Source: Calditrichia bacterium
GTDB lineage: Bacteria; Calditrichota; Calditrichia; JAJRVZ01
NCBI GenBank assembly: GCA_963777955.1
Contig: CAVZSQ010000019.1
Location: 192,001 to 256,000 of the forward strand
Direction: 5' to 3'
Length of the DNA stretch: 64,000 bases
This document shows positions 1-11,093 of the stretch, piece by piece. Within the stretch, counting starts at the first letter, position 1. The number at the start of each line of letters is the position of its first letter. Under the pieces are notes generated by a model, which searched no databases, had not been told where the DNA came from, and saw only the letters and a program-made list of their open reading frames with translations. The position numbers were made by a program, and so were the translations under genes.

Positions 1-189
1 ACAACACGGATAGTAATAGAAATTTATAGCAACGCGGGACAGAAAATTACCACTTTGCAGGATTCCGTTCTACAGGCAGGATATCATCTGATACGATTTG
101 ATGGTACAGGGTACGCCAGCGGGGTTTATCTGTGCCGGTTCAAGGCGGATAATTTTGCCATGACCAGAAAACTGGTCCTGCTTCGTTGA
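1..189 (+). CDS. 3' end of a secreted protein with T9SS/FlgD-Ig-type C-terminal sorting domain (partial)
   Basis: Manual frame-1 translation TTRIVIEIYSNAGQKITTLQDSVLQAGYHLIRFDGTGYASGVYLCRFKADNFAMTRKLVLLR* shows IY..G..I..L, ASGVY and terminal K-L-V-L-L-R motifs; not in ORF track because the start is outside the window. Confidence 0.85.
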   Translation, partial: TTRIVIEIYSNAGQKITTLQDSVLQAGYHLIRFDGTGYASGVYLCRFKADNFAMTRKLVLLR

Positions 190-191
190 AA

Positions 192-290
192 TCCATCTCC
201 GAGGTTCGTAGGGTCGAATCATGATCCGACCGCACTGACCCACCCCTTCGTCCCCTCCCTTATACATAAGGGAGGGGAAACAAGGGAAGG
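192..290. repeat. Cluster of palindromic REP-like elements between convergent genes
   Basis: TCCATCTCCGAGGTT (192-206, 14/15 match to the arm at 3467); GTAGGGTCGAATCATGATCCGACCGCAC (208-235, near-palindrome); perfect 13-bp IR TCCCCTCCCTTAT-AC-ATAAGGGAGGGGA (251-278). Confidence 0.75.
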
Positions 291-296
291 TTAAAA

Positions 297-1484
297 TTAT
301 TTAGACAAATTCAATCTAGCTAGCACACCACCATGGTCGGACGGCCATAATAACGAGCCGTCTGTACACTGGTAGCGGTTCCAGGGCTCCTGGCCTATGA
401 CCAGAGCGTAAAAAGGATCTTTCCATTCTTGTTGATTTGAATCCTTTACAAAGATGTAATCGATCCGCTTATTAAAATTAGCCGCTGCATTGCGTAAATC
501 CAGATCGTGTCCATAAGTAAAACCGTCAGGATCATCCTGTTTCCAATTATTTGTCCAGACATCGATATAACCATTATCGATCATATGATTATAGACAGGG
601 CTGGCAGGATATTCTGCGTTGAAATCACCAACCACAACCTGCGGCAGAGAATTGTCCTGCAGGACGGAGGTCAATTCCATGACCTGTCCCATCTGCACCT
701 GCAGCAGTTCCGGGCTGACAGCAGGCTCCAGATGAGTACTTACAAAGCGGTAGTGTTTATTTTTAATTTTGGTGTCGACAATAACATAGCCACGCAAAAT
801 CGTTGCGCCCATGCTCGGAATATTGTAGCGGGCCTGATAGTTTGCAGATACCGCATTTTCAACTTTCACTCTGTTTTTTACCAGGACCACGTCATAATCG
901 GTCATGCGTAAATCATTGATTACGGTCGGATTGCCGTTTTCATCCAGCTCCATTATTACCGGAACTTCAACATCGGTATCCTCAATGATACCGGCGATCT
1001 TATAATCTAATCCCCTGCTGGTAAGTACATTCAGTAGAATGTTCAAATAATCCAGATACGGCTGGGTCGCCGGTTCGGTTCCGCCGACAATGAGGTCACC
1101 CGGTGATTGCATACGGAACAGGGTCACTTCCTGCAAGCCGATCAGGTCAGGTTTGGTTTTTTGTATTTCGTTGGCCAGCAGTTCAGCCCGGCCGGCAAAA
1201 TTTGTAGACAGCAGCATCTGAAAAGCCTGGGTGGAGAGCAATAGAACTTCTTCCGGAGTCGTTGCCGCCATGACCATGTCCACATCTGAGCCGACATAAA
1301 TATTACGGGTCAGCACAGTTATATCGCCATGCTGATACCCCGGATAAAACAGATCATTCGGTTTCAGACACCCCTCTGGATTCAAACTGCTTTGTTCCAC
1401 CGGTGCCAAAGGTTCCTGTTGTTCGCAACTGAACAATACCAGTGACACGGCCAGAACAAACGATAAAAAAGATTTGTACAACAT
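297..1484 (-). CDS. Endonuclease/exonuclease/phosphatase (EEP) family lipoprotein
   Basis: Lipobox LFSC; motifs TRNIY, PDLIGLQEV, STHLE, GDFN, RIDYIF, SDH. Confidence 0.85.
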   Translation of the reverse strand: MLYKSFLSFVLAVSLVLFSCEQQEPLAPVEQSSLNPEGCLKPNDLFYPGYQHGDITVLTRNIYVGSDVDMVMAATTPEEVLLLSTQAFQMLLSTNFAGRAELLANEIQKTKPDLIGLQEVTLFRMQSPGDLIVGGTEPATQPYLDYLNILLNVLTSRGLDYKIAGIIEDTDVEVPVIMELDENGNPTVINDLRMTDYDVVLVKNRVKVENAVSANYQARYNIPSMGATILRGYVIVDTKIKNKHYRFVSTHLEPAVSPELLQVQMGQVMELTSVLQDNSLPQVVVGDFNAEYPASPVYNHMIDNGYIDVWTNNWKQDDPDGFTYGHDLDLRNAAANFNKRIDYIFVKDSNQQEWKDPFYALVIGQEPWNRYQCTDGSLLWPSDHGGVLARLNLSK

Positions 1485-1660
1485 AGGACCTCCCTATAAG
1501 TTTGGTTAATACGTATAATCAATTATAAATAATACGAATGCAGAAAATGCCATGAAGAGGTCAAAATATTGTCAAAAAAATGTCACATGGCGCTGTTTTA
1601 AAGTGCAGGGTCAATCAAGGCAAAAACGTCATAAATATTAGACTATGTCGGTGACTAAGA

Positions 1661-3341
1661 TCATTTGATCATGATCATTTTATGTGCTTTTAGAAATCCT
1701 TCCGATTCAAGTTGATAAAAATAGGTACCACTGGCAACAGGTTTCCCCCGGTCATCTCTGCCATCCCATTCGATTGTGTAATTTCCCACTGCTGTAATTT
1801 TATTTGCAATCAGGGTTCTGACTTCCTGCCCGTTAACATTATAAATCCGCAGTGAGATTGTTGAGCTTCGGGGTATTGAATATTCTATCGTGGTGACTGG
1901 ATTAAACGGATTGGGATAATTTTGATTTAATTTGAATGATTTTGGTAGAAGATCCGTGTTCTTACCAATAGAGGTTGTATCTGATAATGTATCACACACA
2001 ACACTGTCTGCAACTTCTATAACAGTTACACTTAAGGGGAAGTCATTAGAGAAGGGATCTTTTAGTATCATATCTTGAATGGGGGTAACGACGAGTTCAG
2101 GCTCCCCGGCAACTATTTCAATTGTTTTATCTTCGCAGCCGCTATAACCACTGCTATCGGTCTTAACCACATAAATAGTCTTCTGCTGTGAATTAAGATC
2201 CGTTGCCTCTCCGCTAAATATAAACGAATTCTCAGAATCCTGATAACCGAAACCGGTAACCTCGCTATTATCAGTCCCGTATATTTTTGACCAGTCTAAT
2301 GCCCCATTTTCATCAGTTTTAATCAGAAACCCGTCATGATCGGAGGTTTGTTGGGAATAACTGGTGGTATAGCCGTTGATGATAAACCCTGAATCACTCG
2401 TCTCTTGCACCATAAACCCATAATCGTTACTCGTACCGCCATATGTTTTCGCCCAATGCAATTCCCCGGTTTTATCTACTTTAAGTAGTATAGCATCTGC
2501 TGCTCCGGCGCCGCCAGTATAATTATCAATATAACCTGCCAGTATGGCATCTCCGTCATGGCTTATGGAAAGGCAATGTGTGCCCGAGGTTGCTTCTTTA
2601 AATCCGCTACCTATTGCTTCAGCCCATTGGATCTGTCCCGCCATATTCAGTTTGAGTAAAAAAATATCGGCGTCGCCCATACCATAACTCATGGTATAAC
2701 CACAAGCGACAATTTCACTATCACTGCTAACCCGGCAGGAGTAGATATAATCGGTATCATAACCTCCAAAAATACTTATCCAGACTGATTTAAATTCATG
2801 ATCCAATTTCATTAAGTATGCATCTTCCGCCCATTTCCCTCCCAAAATAAATCCTCCATCCGGGCTATTTCTAAGTGTCCGCACATATTGATCCTCAGGG
2901 AACTTATAGGTTTTCGACAGTAATACATTTCCCAGAGAATCGACTTTAATTAAATAAATATCCTGGCCGTCTGAATTCCAATCACTATAATTACCCGCTA
3001 CAGCATAGGTTTGATCATCACCAACCTGGGTAGATGTAATGGATTCTGTAGAAAGATCTCCATAAGTCTTTAGACCAGCCAATTGACCAGTCTGGATTTA
3101 ACTTGAGCAAAAAGGGGCTGTAATATCCGGAATACTCGGAACTGTAGACGCCTCCGACAATAGCACCGTTATCAGGCGTTTGATATATACTTCTGGGGTA
3201 ATAGTTACCGTTGGTATAATATGTTTTTTGAAATACATTTTGCGCCTGAATTTCGCAGGTTATAAAAGAACCGATTAGTACTACCAGAAAAAAAATATTG
3301 ATCTGTTGACGCAAGTATGACTCATGATCATGCCTGAACAT
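1661..3341 (-). CDS. Secreted beta-propeller-repeat protein with FlgD-Ig/T9SS C-terminal domain (+1 frameshift near 3070)
   Basis: ORFs 3018-3341 (signal peptide) and 1661-3082 join at W-S-K-T-Y-G; repeated LLKxDxxGxxxWxKxYG units; C-terminal LNQNYPNPFNP...WDGRDDRG..VASGTYFY. Confidence 0.85.
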
Positions 3342-3466
3342 AATGCACCTCCAGGGAATAACTATGATTAAATTTAAATATTAAGCCTAACTATAATTAA
3401 TATAATTAATCGTGCGTCAAATACAATATATTTCGGAACAGATTTTAGAATTTTGCCGGGGCGCAA

Positions 3467-3501
3467 TCCACCTCCGAGGTTGTCTGAACCTCGGAGGTGG
3501 A
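3467..3501. repeat. Perfect 15-bp inverted repeat (REP-like or terminator) downstream of the RND operon
   Basis: TCCACCTCCGAGGTT-GTCTG-AACCTCGGAGGTGGA. Confidence 0.8.
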
Positions 3502-3514
3502 AAATCAATTTAAA

Positions 3515-6500
3515 CTAGATCCTCTTCTCCTTCACCAGTTCATCGCCATATTTTTCTTTTACCTTGGCGGCATGTTTTGATAAAAATTTAGCCGATAGAA
3601 CTTCGAAGTAACTATATAATATCGGAACAACCACCAGGGTCATGGCGGTGGCTACAATCATACCTCCCATCACCGCACGGGCCATGGGCGCCCAACTTTC
3701 GCCCCCTTCTCCCAATCCCAGCGCCAATGGAAACATGGCCAGAGTGGTAGTCAACGCAGTCATCAATACAGGCCGCAGACGAACGTGTCCGCCCTGCATA
3801 ATCGCATCATTCAGCGATAAGCCCCTGGCCCGCAGTTGATTGATATAATCCACCATCACGATGCCATTATTAACAACAATACCCACCAGCATGATAATTC
3901 CGATAAAAGCCATAACGCTCAAATCCGTACCGGTAAGCAACAAGGCCAGAGTTACCCCGATGATCGACAGCGGTACCGTAGACATGATAATAAAAGGATC
4001 TATAAACGATTCGAATTGCGATGCCATAACCATATAGGTCAGGATAACCGCTGCCAGCATGGCCAGGAGTAAATACATGAAAGATTCCATCTGTTCTTCG
4101 GCCAGGCCGCCGATCTCGATGCGAAAATCATTGGGCACCGTTATTTTCTTGATCACATCCTTGACATCAGCGGTGACACTGGTCAGTGCCCGACCCGAAA
4201 TATTGATATCCACCGTGACCAGCCGTTCCTGGTCTTCGCGCAAGATTTCCTGCGGGGCCTTGGAATAATCAACCGTAGCGATGGAACGCAGTGGTATTTG
4301 AGTACCCAGTGGAGTCATGATCAACAGGTTTTCAATATCGGTTTTACTGGCGCGGGAATCTTGATTCAACTGTACCCGGATATCGTATTCATTACCCGCA
4401 TCGCGGTACTGGGTGGCCACCGTACCCAAAACACTTGTGCTCACGACCTGGCTGATTTGCGAGGTACTTAAGCCCAGGTCGGCAATGCGCTGGCGGTCCA
4501 GATTAACCCGCAACTCCGGCACCGCCTCCTTGATGCTGCTTTTTATATCAGCGACCCCTTCTATCGTATTCACTTTCTGTTCGATTTGGTTAGCCAGAGC
4601 TTCGGCTACCTGCAGATCATGACCAAAAATTTCCACAACTATATCTCCGCCGGCACCCATCATGGCCGCTTCGCCGCGGTCTTCGAAGCGGGCATCCACA
4701 TCGGGCAAACTTTTGATCTTTTCACGCAGGGCATCCTGGATTTCAAACATGCTGCGATCACGCTCGGACATCTTCTTCAGCATAATATTTATATCACCCT
4801 GGCTGGAAACACGGGAAGAAAACAGGGCGAAAATTCCTTCACCTTGTCCAAAATTGGTATACACGTTTTTCGCCTCCGGCACGTTCTGGAGGATGATGGA
4901 ATTCAACTGGTGCATGCTCTGTTCCATTGACTCCAGGCTGGTTCCGGGGGACCTGTCCACGGACATAGCTATAAATCCCTGATCGGTTTTAGGAACAAAT
5001 TCACCGCCGGTTAATGCCAAAACGATAATTGAGAGGATAAATGCTACACCTGAATAAATCAGAACTTTAGCCTTGTGTCGAAGTGCCCAGGCTAAAACGC
5101 CGTCATAAAAATCATGCAGTTGATCCAGCCACCTGCCGACCTGCTGATTTAATTTTGTTATCAAAGTCCACTTGTGGTCACCGACAGCAGGTCCCAGGTC
5201 TCCGCTATCCGTCTTCTTCTTGATGCGCAGGAATCTGGAAGTCAGTAACGGCACCAGGGTCAGAGCAACGATCAGCGAAGCTGAAAGCGAGATGACGATC
5301 GTCAGCACCATATCTTTAAATAATTCACCGGCTATACCGGGCACAAAAAGAATGGGTACAAACACGGCCAGAGTGGTCAGAGTAGAGGCGGTGATGGCCA
5401 TGCCGACGCTGGTGGTACCGTTGATGGCCGAATCCCGCAAACCCTCACCCTCTTCGCGGCGACGGAAAATACTCTCCAGAACTACAATGGAGTTGTCTAC
5501 CAGCATACCGACAGCCAGAGCCAGTCCGGCCATGGAAATGACATTCAGAGTCAAACCGGCCTGATCCATAACCGCAAATGTGACAATCATCGAGACCGGA
5601 ATAGACACAGCCACTATCAGGGAACTGCGAATGTTGCGCAGGAAGAACAACAGTACCAGGAAGGTCAGGGCCATGGCCTGGTAAGCTGTATCCACCAGGT
5701 TGGAGATGGACTGGGTGATGAAGCTGGACAAATCGATAACGGTTTCAATATGCACCCCTTTGGGCAAGTCCATTTCAATCTTGTTAATATTGTCCAGCAC
5801 TTCGCGGGCCACCAGCACGGTATTGGCATCCGATTGTTTTTGTACCATCAGCATGACCGCCGGCTGATTATTATTCCAGACCTTCATACGCTGGTCGGCA
5901 AAACCGTCCACCACGGTAGCAACATCCTTGATCTTGATAACCGTACCGTTCATCATGCTTACACTGGTGTTTTCGATCTGCTCCAGATTGGAGTATTCAC
6001 CCACCGTTTGCAGGGTAAATTCCTGCTGGGCGTTATCGATCCAGCCTGACGGCAACTGCAAATTGTTCATCTGCAGTGCAGCCGTCATCTGTTGCAGCGA
6101 GATATTGTGCGCGCGCAAACGGGCCGGATCCGCCAGTATCTTGATCTCGCGGCGCAGTCCGCCCATGGTATAAGAAGAAGCCACACCGGCGATACGCTCG
6201 ATGCGCGGTTCAACGTCATCCTCCGAAATCTGTCTTAATTCGGCCTGACCGTGAAAATCGGAGGCCACAGCCATGTAAAGGATTGGCTGCTGCGAAGGAT
6301 CGAACTTAAAGACCATCGGTTCGCTCATCTCCTGGGGCAGGTAATCTTTAATATATTCCAGGTTGGTGCGTACATCGATTTCGGCCTGATCCATATCGTT
6401 ACCCCAGCCGAATTCCAGCATTACCAGTGAGAATCCCTGCGCTGAAGTCGAACTGACCTTTTTCACGTTTTCCACCGAGGCTACGGTTTCTTCAACCAGC

Positions 6501-6694
6501 CTGGTTACTGAAGTTTCTATATCGTAGGGACCTACCCCTGAATACTGGGCAATGACGGCTAACATCGGAAAATCCATTTTAGGATACAAATCAAGATTTA
6601 GCCGTAATAATGAGAAAAGACCGAATCCCACGGCCATCAGGTATAGCATGGAATAGGTTACGCCATTTTTAATGGCACTTTCGGTCAGTTTCAT
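3515..6694 (-). CDS. RND efflux permease (AcrB/AcrD/AcrF family)
   Basis: 1059 aa; two large periplasmic loops; GMLVDNSIVVLE, GIVVNNGIVMVD and RLRPVLMT motifs. Confidence 0.95.
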   Translation of the reverse strand: MKLTESAIKNGVTYSMLYLMAVGFGLFSLLRLNLDLYPKMDFPMLAVIAQYSGVGPYDIETSVTRLVEETVASVENVKKVSSTSAQGFSLVMLEFGWGNDMDQAEIDVRTNLEYIKDYLPQEMSEPMVFKFDPSQQPILYMAVASDFHGQAELRQISEDDVEPRIERIAGVASSYTMGGLRREIKILADPARLRAHNISLQQMTAALQMNNLQLPSGWIDNAQQEFTLQTVGEYSNLEQIENTSVSMMNGTVIKIKDVATVVDGFADQRMKVWNNNQPAVMLMVQKQSDANTVLVAREVLDNINKIEMDLPKGVHIETVIDLSSFITQSISNLVDTAYQAMALTFLVLLFFLRNIRSSLIVAVSIPVSMIVTFAVMDQAGLTLNVISMAGLALAVGMLVDNSIVVLESIFRRREEGEGLRDSAINGTTSVGMAITASTLTTLAVFVPILFVPGIAGELFKDMVLTIVISLSASLIVALTLVPLLTSRFLRIKKKTDSGDLGPAVGDHKWTLITKLNQQVGRWLDQLHDFYDGVLAWALRHKAKVLIYSGVAFILSIIVLALTGGEFVPKTDQGFIAMSVDRSPGTSLESMEQSMHQLNSIILQNVPEAKNVYTNFGQGEGIFALFSSRVSSQGDINIMLKKMSERDRSMFEIQDALREKIKSLPDVDARFEDRGEAAMMGAGGDIVVEIFGHDLQVAEALANQIEQKVNTIEGVADIKSSIKEAVPELRVNLDRQRIADLGLSTSQISQVVSTSVLGTVATQYRDAGNEYDIRVQLNQDSRASKTDIENLLIMTPLGTQIPLRSIATVDYSKAPQEILREDQERLVTVDINISGRALTSVTADVKDVIKKITVPNDFRIEIGGLAEEQMESFMYLLLAMLAAVILTYMVMASQFESFIDPFIIMSTVPLSIIGVTLALLLTGTDLSVMAFIGIIMLVGIVVNNGIVMVDYINQLRARGLSLNDAIMQGGHVRLRPVLMTALTTTLAMFPLALGLGEGGESWAPMARAVMGGMIVATAMTLVVVPILYSYFEVLSAKFLSKHAAKVKEKYGDELVKEKRI

Positions 6695-7773
6695 AAAATT
6701 TCACTCCTCTCTTTTACGATAGCAACGGCGCTGCTGTCGCGCAGATTATTCTGCCCCGTGACGACCAGCGTATCACCGATCTGAATTCCTGTTTTAACTG
6801 CCAGGCTGAGATGATTGACGTACATAACTTCCAGTTTTTTCTGCAGAGCCATACTGTTATCGACGACATAAACGAAGTAATTTTTAACCACTTGCTGTTT
6901 GCCGTCATTATCTTCCAGGGTTGTGTTCTCGATGGTCGCGGTGCGCGGAACCACCATTACATTTTCCAGAATGCCGGTAATTACTTCAATCTCCGCATAC
7001 ATACCCGGTTTGAGCAGCTTTTCCTTATTATCCAGCAGAACTTCGACACTGGCCATGCGGGTAAGCGGATCAAGCACCGGGCTGATTTTGACGATCTCCC
7101 CTGCGAACTTGTGATCCGGATAACTTCGTACGGTTACGTAAGCTTTTTGTCCCAGGGCCAGTTTCCCCATGTCTTCTTCGGTGGCGTCCAGGGTGGTCTT
7201 GACCCTTTCCATCTGCACAATTGAAACCAGCGGCACGGCCATATTGGCCATATCGCCGTTCTCATAATAGCGTTTACCGATAATGCCGGAAATAGGCGCC
7301 GGTACGGTTGCATCTCTCATGACGCTGCTGGCGCTTGTCAGGTTGGCCTTGGCCGCTTCATACTGAGTTTTGATCAGGTCGAACTGCTGGGCGCTCATCA
7401 CATTTTCCCGGTTCAGCCGCTCAGCCCGTTCAAATTCTACTTTGATATTGGCCTCCTGGGCCCTGGCCGCGTCCAGCGCAGCTTCAATGGTAGTGGCAAA
7501 TATGCGGGCGATCGGGGCGCCTTTGGAGATATATTGCCCTTCATCTACATAATATTTTTCGATACGGTCAGGGACCTTGGAGAATACTTTAACCTCGAAT
7601 TCCGCTTCGATATCACCGGTATATTTGATACTCTGTATTACATTGCCCAATTTAACCGGCATGACTTCCACGGGTATTTTCTCTTTCACGGCGTCTTCAG
7701 CAGAAGTGCCGCAGCCGAATAATATAATTGTTGAAGCCAACATTAATACGCTCAATAAGCAGACCTTTTTCAT
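6691..7773 (-). CDS. RND periplasmic adaptor (membrane fusion protein)
   Basis: Lipobox LFGC; APISGII and LKPGMYA motifs; overlaps permease start. Confidence 0.92.
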   Translation of the reverse strand: MKKVCLLSVLMLASTIILFGCGTSAEDAVKEKIPVEVMPVKLGNVIQSIKYTGDIEAEFEVKVFSKVPDRIEKYYVDEGQYISKGAPIARIFATTIEAALDAARAQEANIKVEFERAERLNRENVMSAQQFDLIKTQYEAAKANLTSASSVMRDATVPAPISGIIGKRYYENGDMANMAVPLVSIVQMERVKTTLDATEEDMGKLALGQKAYVTVRSYPDHKFAGEIVKISPVLDPLTRMASVEVLLDNKEKLLKPGMYAEIEVITGILENVMVVPRTATIENTTLEDNDGKQQVVKNYFVYVVDNSMALQKKLEVMYVNHLSLAVKTGIQIGDTLVVTGQNNLRDSSAVAIVKERSEIL

Positions 7774-7807
7774 TTTAAACTCCCTTCTTGCGGATCGGTC
7801 ATTAACA

Positions 7808-9196
7808 TTAATTCAATTGTGTTTTGCCGGTAGCCTTGCGTATAAAGGAACATGCTACCTGGTATCCATATATGGAACTGAAATAATTTACCTGGGCCTG
7901 GGTCAAAGCCAGCCGGGAAATCATCACGTCCAGTTGGGTATTGGCCCCTTCGTTGTACATCAGGTTGGCCATGCGCAGGGCCTCCTCGGCCAGCGCCACG
8001 GTTTCCGTGGCTGACTGATACTTCTGCCTGGCTTCATTGAAATTATTGTAAGCTACTTCCACTTCGGCGCTGATCATATCGTTTAATTGTTTTTCGTTAT
8101 CTTCCATGATGCGGTAATCCAATCTGGCCTGCTGGTAGTTCTGGACCGATTTGAATCCATGGAAAAGAGGAATCTGCAGACTTACTGCCGAAGTAAAACC
8201 CTTGCTGAAATCATTCTGCGCAAATTTCATATCATTTCTCATGGCCATATAAGAGTAATCGGTCTGGAAGAAGATCCTGGGCAGGAAACCGCTGCGGGCT
8301 ATATTTACCCCCTGCCGGGTCATATATTTCTGTTCGTTAATGGCCATTACTTCCGGCCGGTTTTGAAAAGCCATGTCCTGCAATTCGGCCAGGCCCAGTT
8401 GTCCGAAATCATCTTCCTGGTAAGCGAATTCGCCCACCACCTCGATATTAGATTCCTTTTCCAGTCCCAGCAGAGCCCGTATGCGGGTCAGGGCCATCTG
8501 GTAGTTGTTACGGGCCGAAATTACATTGGGTTTTTGATTGGCTACTTCCACTTCGGCGCGCATTTTATCGAAACCCGAGGCCGTTCCGACATCATATTTT
8601 TTCAGCACTACATCACGGTTTGCTTCGACCTGGGCCAGGGCTTCTTCCTGGACTTTGACCAGTTCCTTGGTCAGCAGGCAGCCATAAAAGGCAGTTATGC
8701 TCTGGTACAACAGTTCATCTTTTCTGGCCTGTAAATTTTGTTCGGCCGCCCGGCGGGCCGCATAAGCCAACTTGATACTGGCCAACCCGGCACCGCCTAA
8801 AAACAGGGGTTGGGTTAGTGTCGCGCCATACGTAAACGTATTTTCCAGGCCAAAAGATAATTTTACAAAATCCGGCATATCCTCGGTCCCCGGAAAACCC
8901 TGCCCCAGCATGGCCTTGATAAAATTGGGGATGGTTTGTTCCTGAATAGCCCAGGCATGCTGCAGGGCAGCCGAAGCATCCAGGCTGGGCAGAACAGCGG
9001 AGTATGAGCCCAGAACTCCGGCTTTTGCCTTGTCGTATTCTTTTTCGGCGATTTTGATTTGCGGATTGTTATTCATGGCCAGTTCAATGGTTTTATCCAT
9101 GGTCAGTACTATTTTCTCCTGTTGTGCCGGCAGCGGCTGTATAAGTATTATAACCGTCAATACGGCAAATAAATTTTTTAACATGCTCCTGTTCAT
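7808..9196 (-). CDS. TolC family outer membrane efflux protein
   Basis: Signal peptide; ELAMNNNP, LTQPLF, LQIPLF and Y..G..T.LDV repeats; operon context. Confidence 0.92.
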   Translation of the reverse strand: MNRSMLKNLFAVLTVIILIQPLPAQQEKIVLTMDKTIELAMNNNPQIKIAEKEYDKAKAGVLGSYSAVLPSLDASAALQHAWAIQEQTIPNFIKAMLGQGFPGTEDMPDFVKLSFGLENTFTYGATLTQPLFLGGAGLASIKLAYAARRAAEQNLQARKDELLYQSITAFYGCLLTKELVKVQEEALAQVEANRDVVLKKYDVGTASGFDKMRAEVEVANQKPNVISARNNYQMALTRIRALLGLEKESNIEVVGEFAYQEDDFGQLGLAELQDMAFQNRPEVMAINEQKYMTRQGVNIARSGFLPRIFFQTDYSYMAMRNDMKFAQNDFSKGFTSAVSLQIPLFHGFKSVQNYQQARLDYRIMEDNEKQLNDMISAEVEVAYNNFNEARQKYQSATETVALAEEALRMANLMYNEGANTQLDVMISRLALTQAQVNYFSSIYGYQVACSFIRKATGKTQLN

Positions 9197-9221
9197 GCTC
9201 AGCTCCTTTTAGTCGAAAAGA

Positions 9222-9818
9222 TTATTCGTTCAATCCTTTAAACAACACTTCAATTATTTCCTCGGCCAGTTGGTCGGTCAAAACTTTCTTTTTACTGTTC
9301 ATTTGATGCCACATAAAATGAGTGATGGTACCGAGAATCATCTCCACGGCTATCTCAGGTTTGACACTTATACCGAATTCTCCGCGCTGAATACCCTCCT
9401 GGATCAGTTTCATCAGGGCATGTTTTCTCTTCAATTCCTCCTGGCGTAAATTTTCAGCTAATGGTGTATCTTCAATTTTTACAAACATATACAGAAAAAA
9501 TTTAACAAATTCAGGATACTTGAGACATTGCTCAAAATGCAGCTTAAATAGTCTGATTAATTTATCTTTTGTAGTTACAGTTGAATTCAAGATCTCCTGA
9601 ATCTGGCTATCATTGTAAGCCAATCCTGTATCCATCAGCGATTGATATAATTTCTCCTTACTTTCAAAGTAATAGTATATCATCGGCTTGGAAACGCCGG
9701 AATGCTCGGAGATTTCCCGCATCGATACGGCATTATACCCTTTTTGGGCCATTAATTTAGCCGCAATATGAAAGATCTTGGATTTGGTATCAACTTCGTT
9801 CGCATGATTACTGTGCAT
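9222..9818 (-). CDS. TetR/AcrR family regulator of the efflux operon
   Basis: HTH KGYNAVSMREIS..SGVSKPMIYYYFESKE; likely start ATG 9818 after AAGGAAAG. Confidence 0.9.
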   Translation of the reverse strand: MHSNHANEVDTKSKIFHIAAKLMAQKGYNAVSMREISEHSGVSKPMIYYYFESKEKLYQSLMDTGLAYNDSQIQEILNSTVTTKDKLIRLFKLHFEQCLKYPEFVKFFLYMFVKIEDTPLAENLRQEELKRKHALMKLIQEGIQRGEFGISVKPEIAVEMILGTITHFMWHQMNSKKKVLTDQLAEEIIEVLFKGLNE

Positions 9819-9844
9819 ATCTTTCCTTTGATTTAGCGTCCCCC

Positions 9845-9860
9845 TACTGACCGGTAGGTA
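9845..9860. promoter_or_regulatory. Putative TetR operator
   Basis: Imperfect palindrome TACTGACC|GGTAGGTA, 26 nt upstream of the tetR start. Confidence 0.55.
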
Positions 9861-9997
9861 AATTCTGTAAATATACGAAAAGTTTTCAAAAAGTTGCATG
9901 AAATTTCATATTTTTTAGCAGGGTTCTGGCCCGGAAATTATGCCTGTGTCTATGACATCCGGATGAAACTACTTGCCTTTATAACCTTATACCATTA

Positions 9998-11093
9998 TCA
10001 CTTTTGTGGTCGGTAGATCTGCTGATAATCCTTCAGTCTGATACCCGGCGCGCGATAGCGCTTCCAGTAATAAGTGAGTGCAGTATAGGAGAAGATACCA
10101 TTGACAAATTTCAATTTCAGCAATCGTTGAATAATCAGATAGAGACAATACATGATAAATAAAACAATATAACCGTCAAGCAGCGTTCCGGCCAAAGGAA
10201 CCGTTATTAAGTTTGAAAACGGCGTAGCCATTAGAATCCACACAGCAAACGGCAGCATTGAAATCAGGATCATAAAGGCCAGCATTAAATGCGAGGATTG
10301 TATAGCCACCCGCGGACAATTGTTGATGCAGCGCATGCAACTTTCACAATGGAATGACCAGTAAGGCCGGTTGCCTTTAATGGAAATGGCGCCCACCGGG
10401 CAATTCTCGACACAGATCATACAAGCATCGCAACTGCTGGAATAGATGAAGGTTTTGGCCAGTGCAAATCTGCCTATCAGATAATAAAGAACACTGATGG
10501 GAAAAACGGCCAGGTCGAATGGCAGCGAAATCAAGACCCGCCGGAATTTCCGTTTCCCGGCAAGGATATCAGCAATGAACAAGCGTGTTTCTTTTTCGCA
10601 GCGCTCGAGCAGAAAATCGATCCATGATTTGCGGTAAGCCGGATGCAGGGAGATCCAGTTCGAGGGCATATCCAGGGGTAATCCCCCACGTATCCGGTAA
10701 CCTTTCAAAAGCAGAATCAGCATGGGCAGCAATTGGGCCAGACCGGATAATCCGGGAATCTGCCAGCGTCCAAGTTTGCTTCCGGCTCTGGTGTTAAGTA
10801 AAAATACATCCATACCCCTGCCGCGGGGGAAACGCAATATAAAATAAAGCATGGAAGGCGCCAGGCTGAAGCCATGGGTGGGATAAAGAAAACCGACCAG
10901 GCTTTTTTCCCGTAATTCGCTATTTATCTGCTCTGTAGCCGCGATCGATGGCCTGTAAATGGACTGCCAGACCTTGTTTGCCGGCCTCATCCGCCAGCCA
11001 GCGACCTGCAGTCAGAGCATTACCGGTACCCGTGAAATAGTAGAGGACCAGGCTTGACCAGCAGAGATCATGATCTTTTATATTACTGCTCAT
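9998..11093 (-). CDS. EFR1-type flavodoxin-ferredoxin fusion with membrane helices (+1 frameshift near 10925)
   Basis: N-terminal YYFTGTGNA flavodoxin motif (ORF 10920-11114) continues into GFLYPTHGF...MPSNW, CDACMICVENCP and CESCMRCINNCP (ORF 9998-10990). Confidence 0.8.

Noticed and set aside
70..267. 65-aa minus-strand ORF
   Set aside because: Antisense to the T9SS-domain gene end and overlaps the repeats
1661..3341. Internal repeats as a possible CRISPR array or DGR target
   Set aside because: The repeats exist at protein level only (propeller blades) and are divergent in DNA; no cas or reverse transcriptase gene in the window
3642..6173. Numerous plus-strand ORFs inside the RND permease (and similar shadows over other long genes)
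   Set aside because: Antisense shadow ORFs of a strongly supported gene
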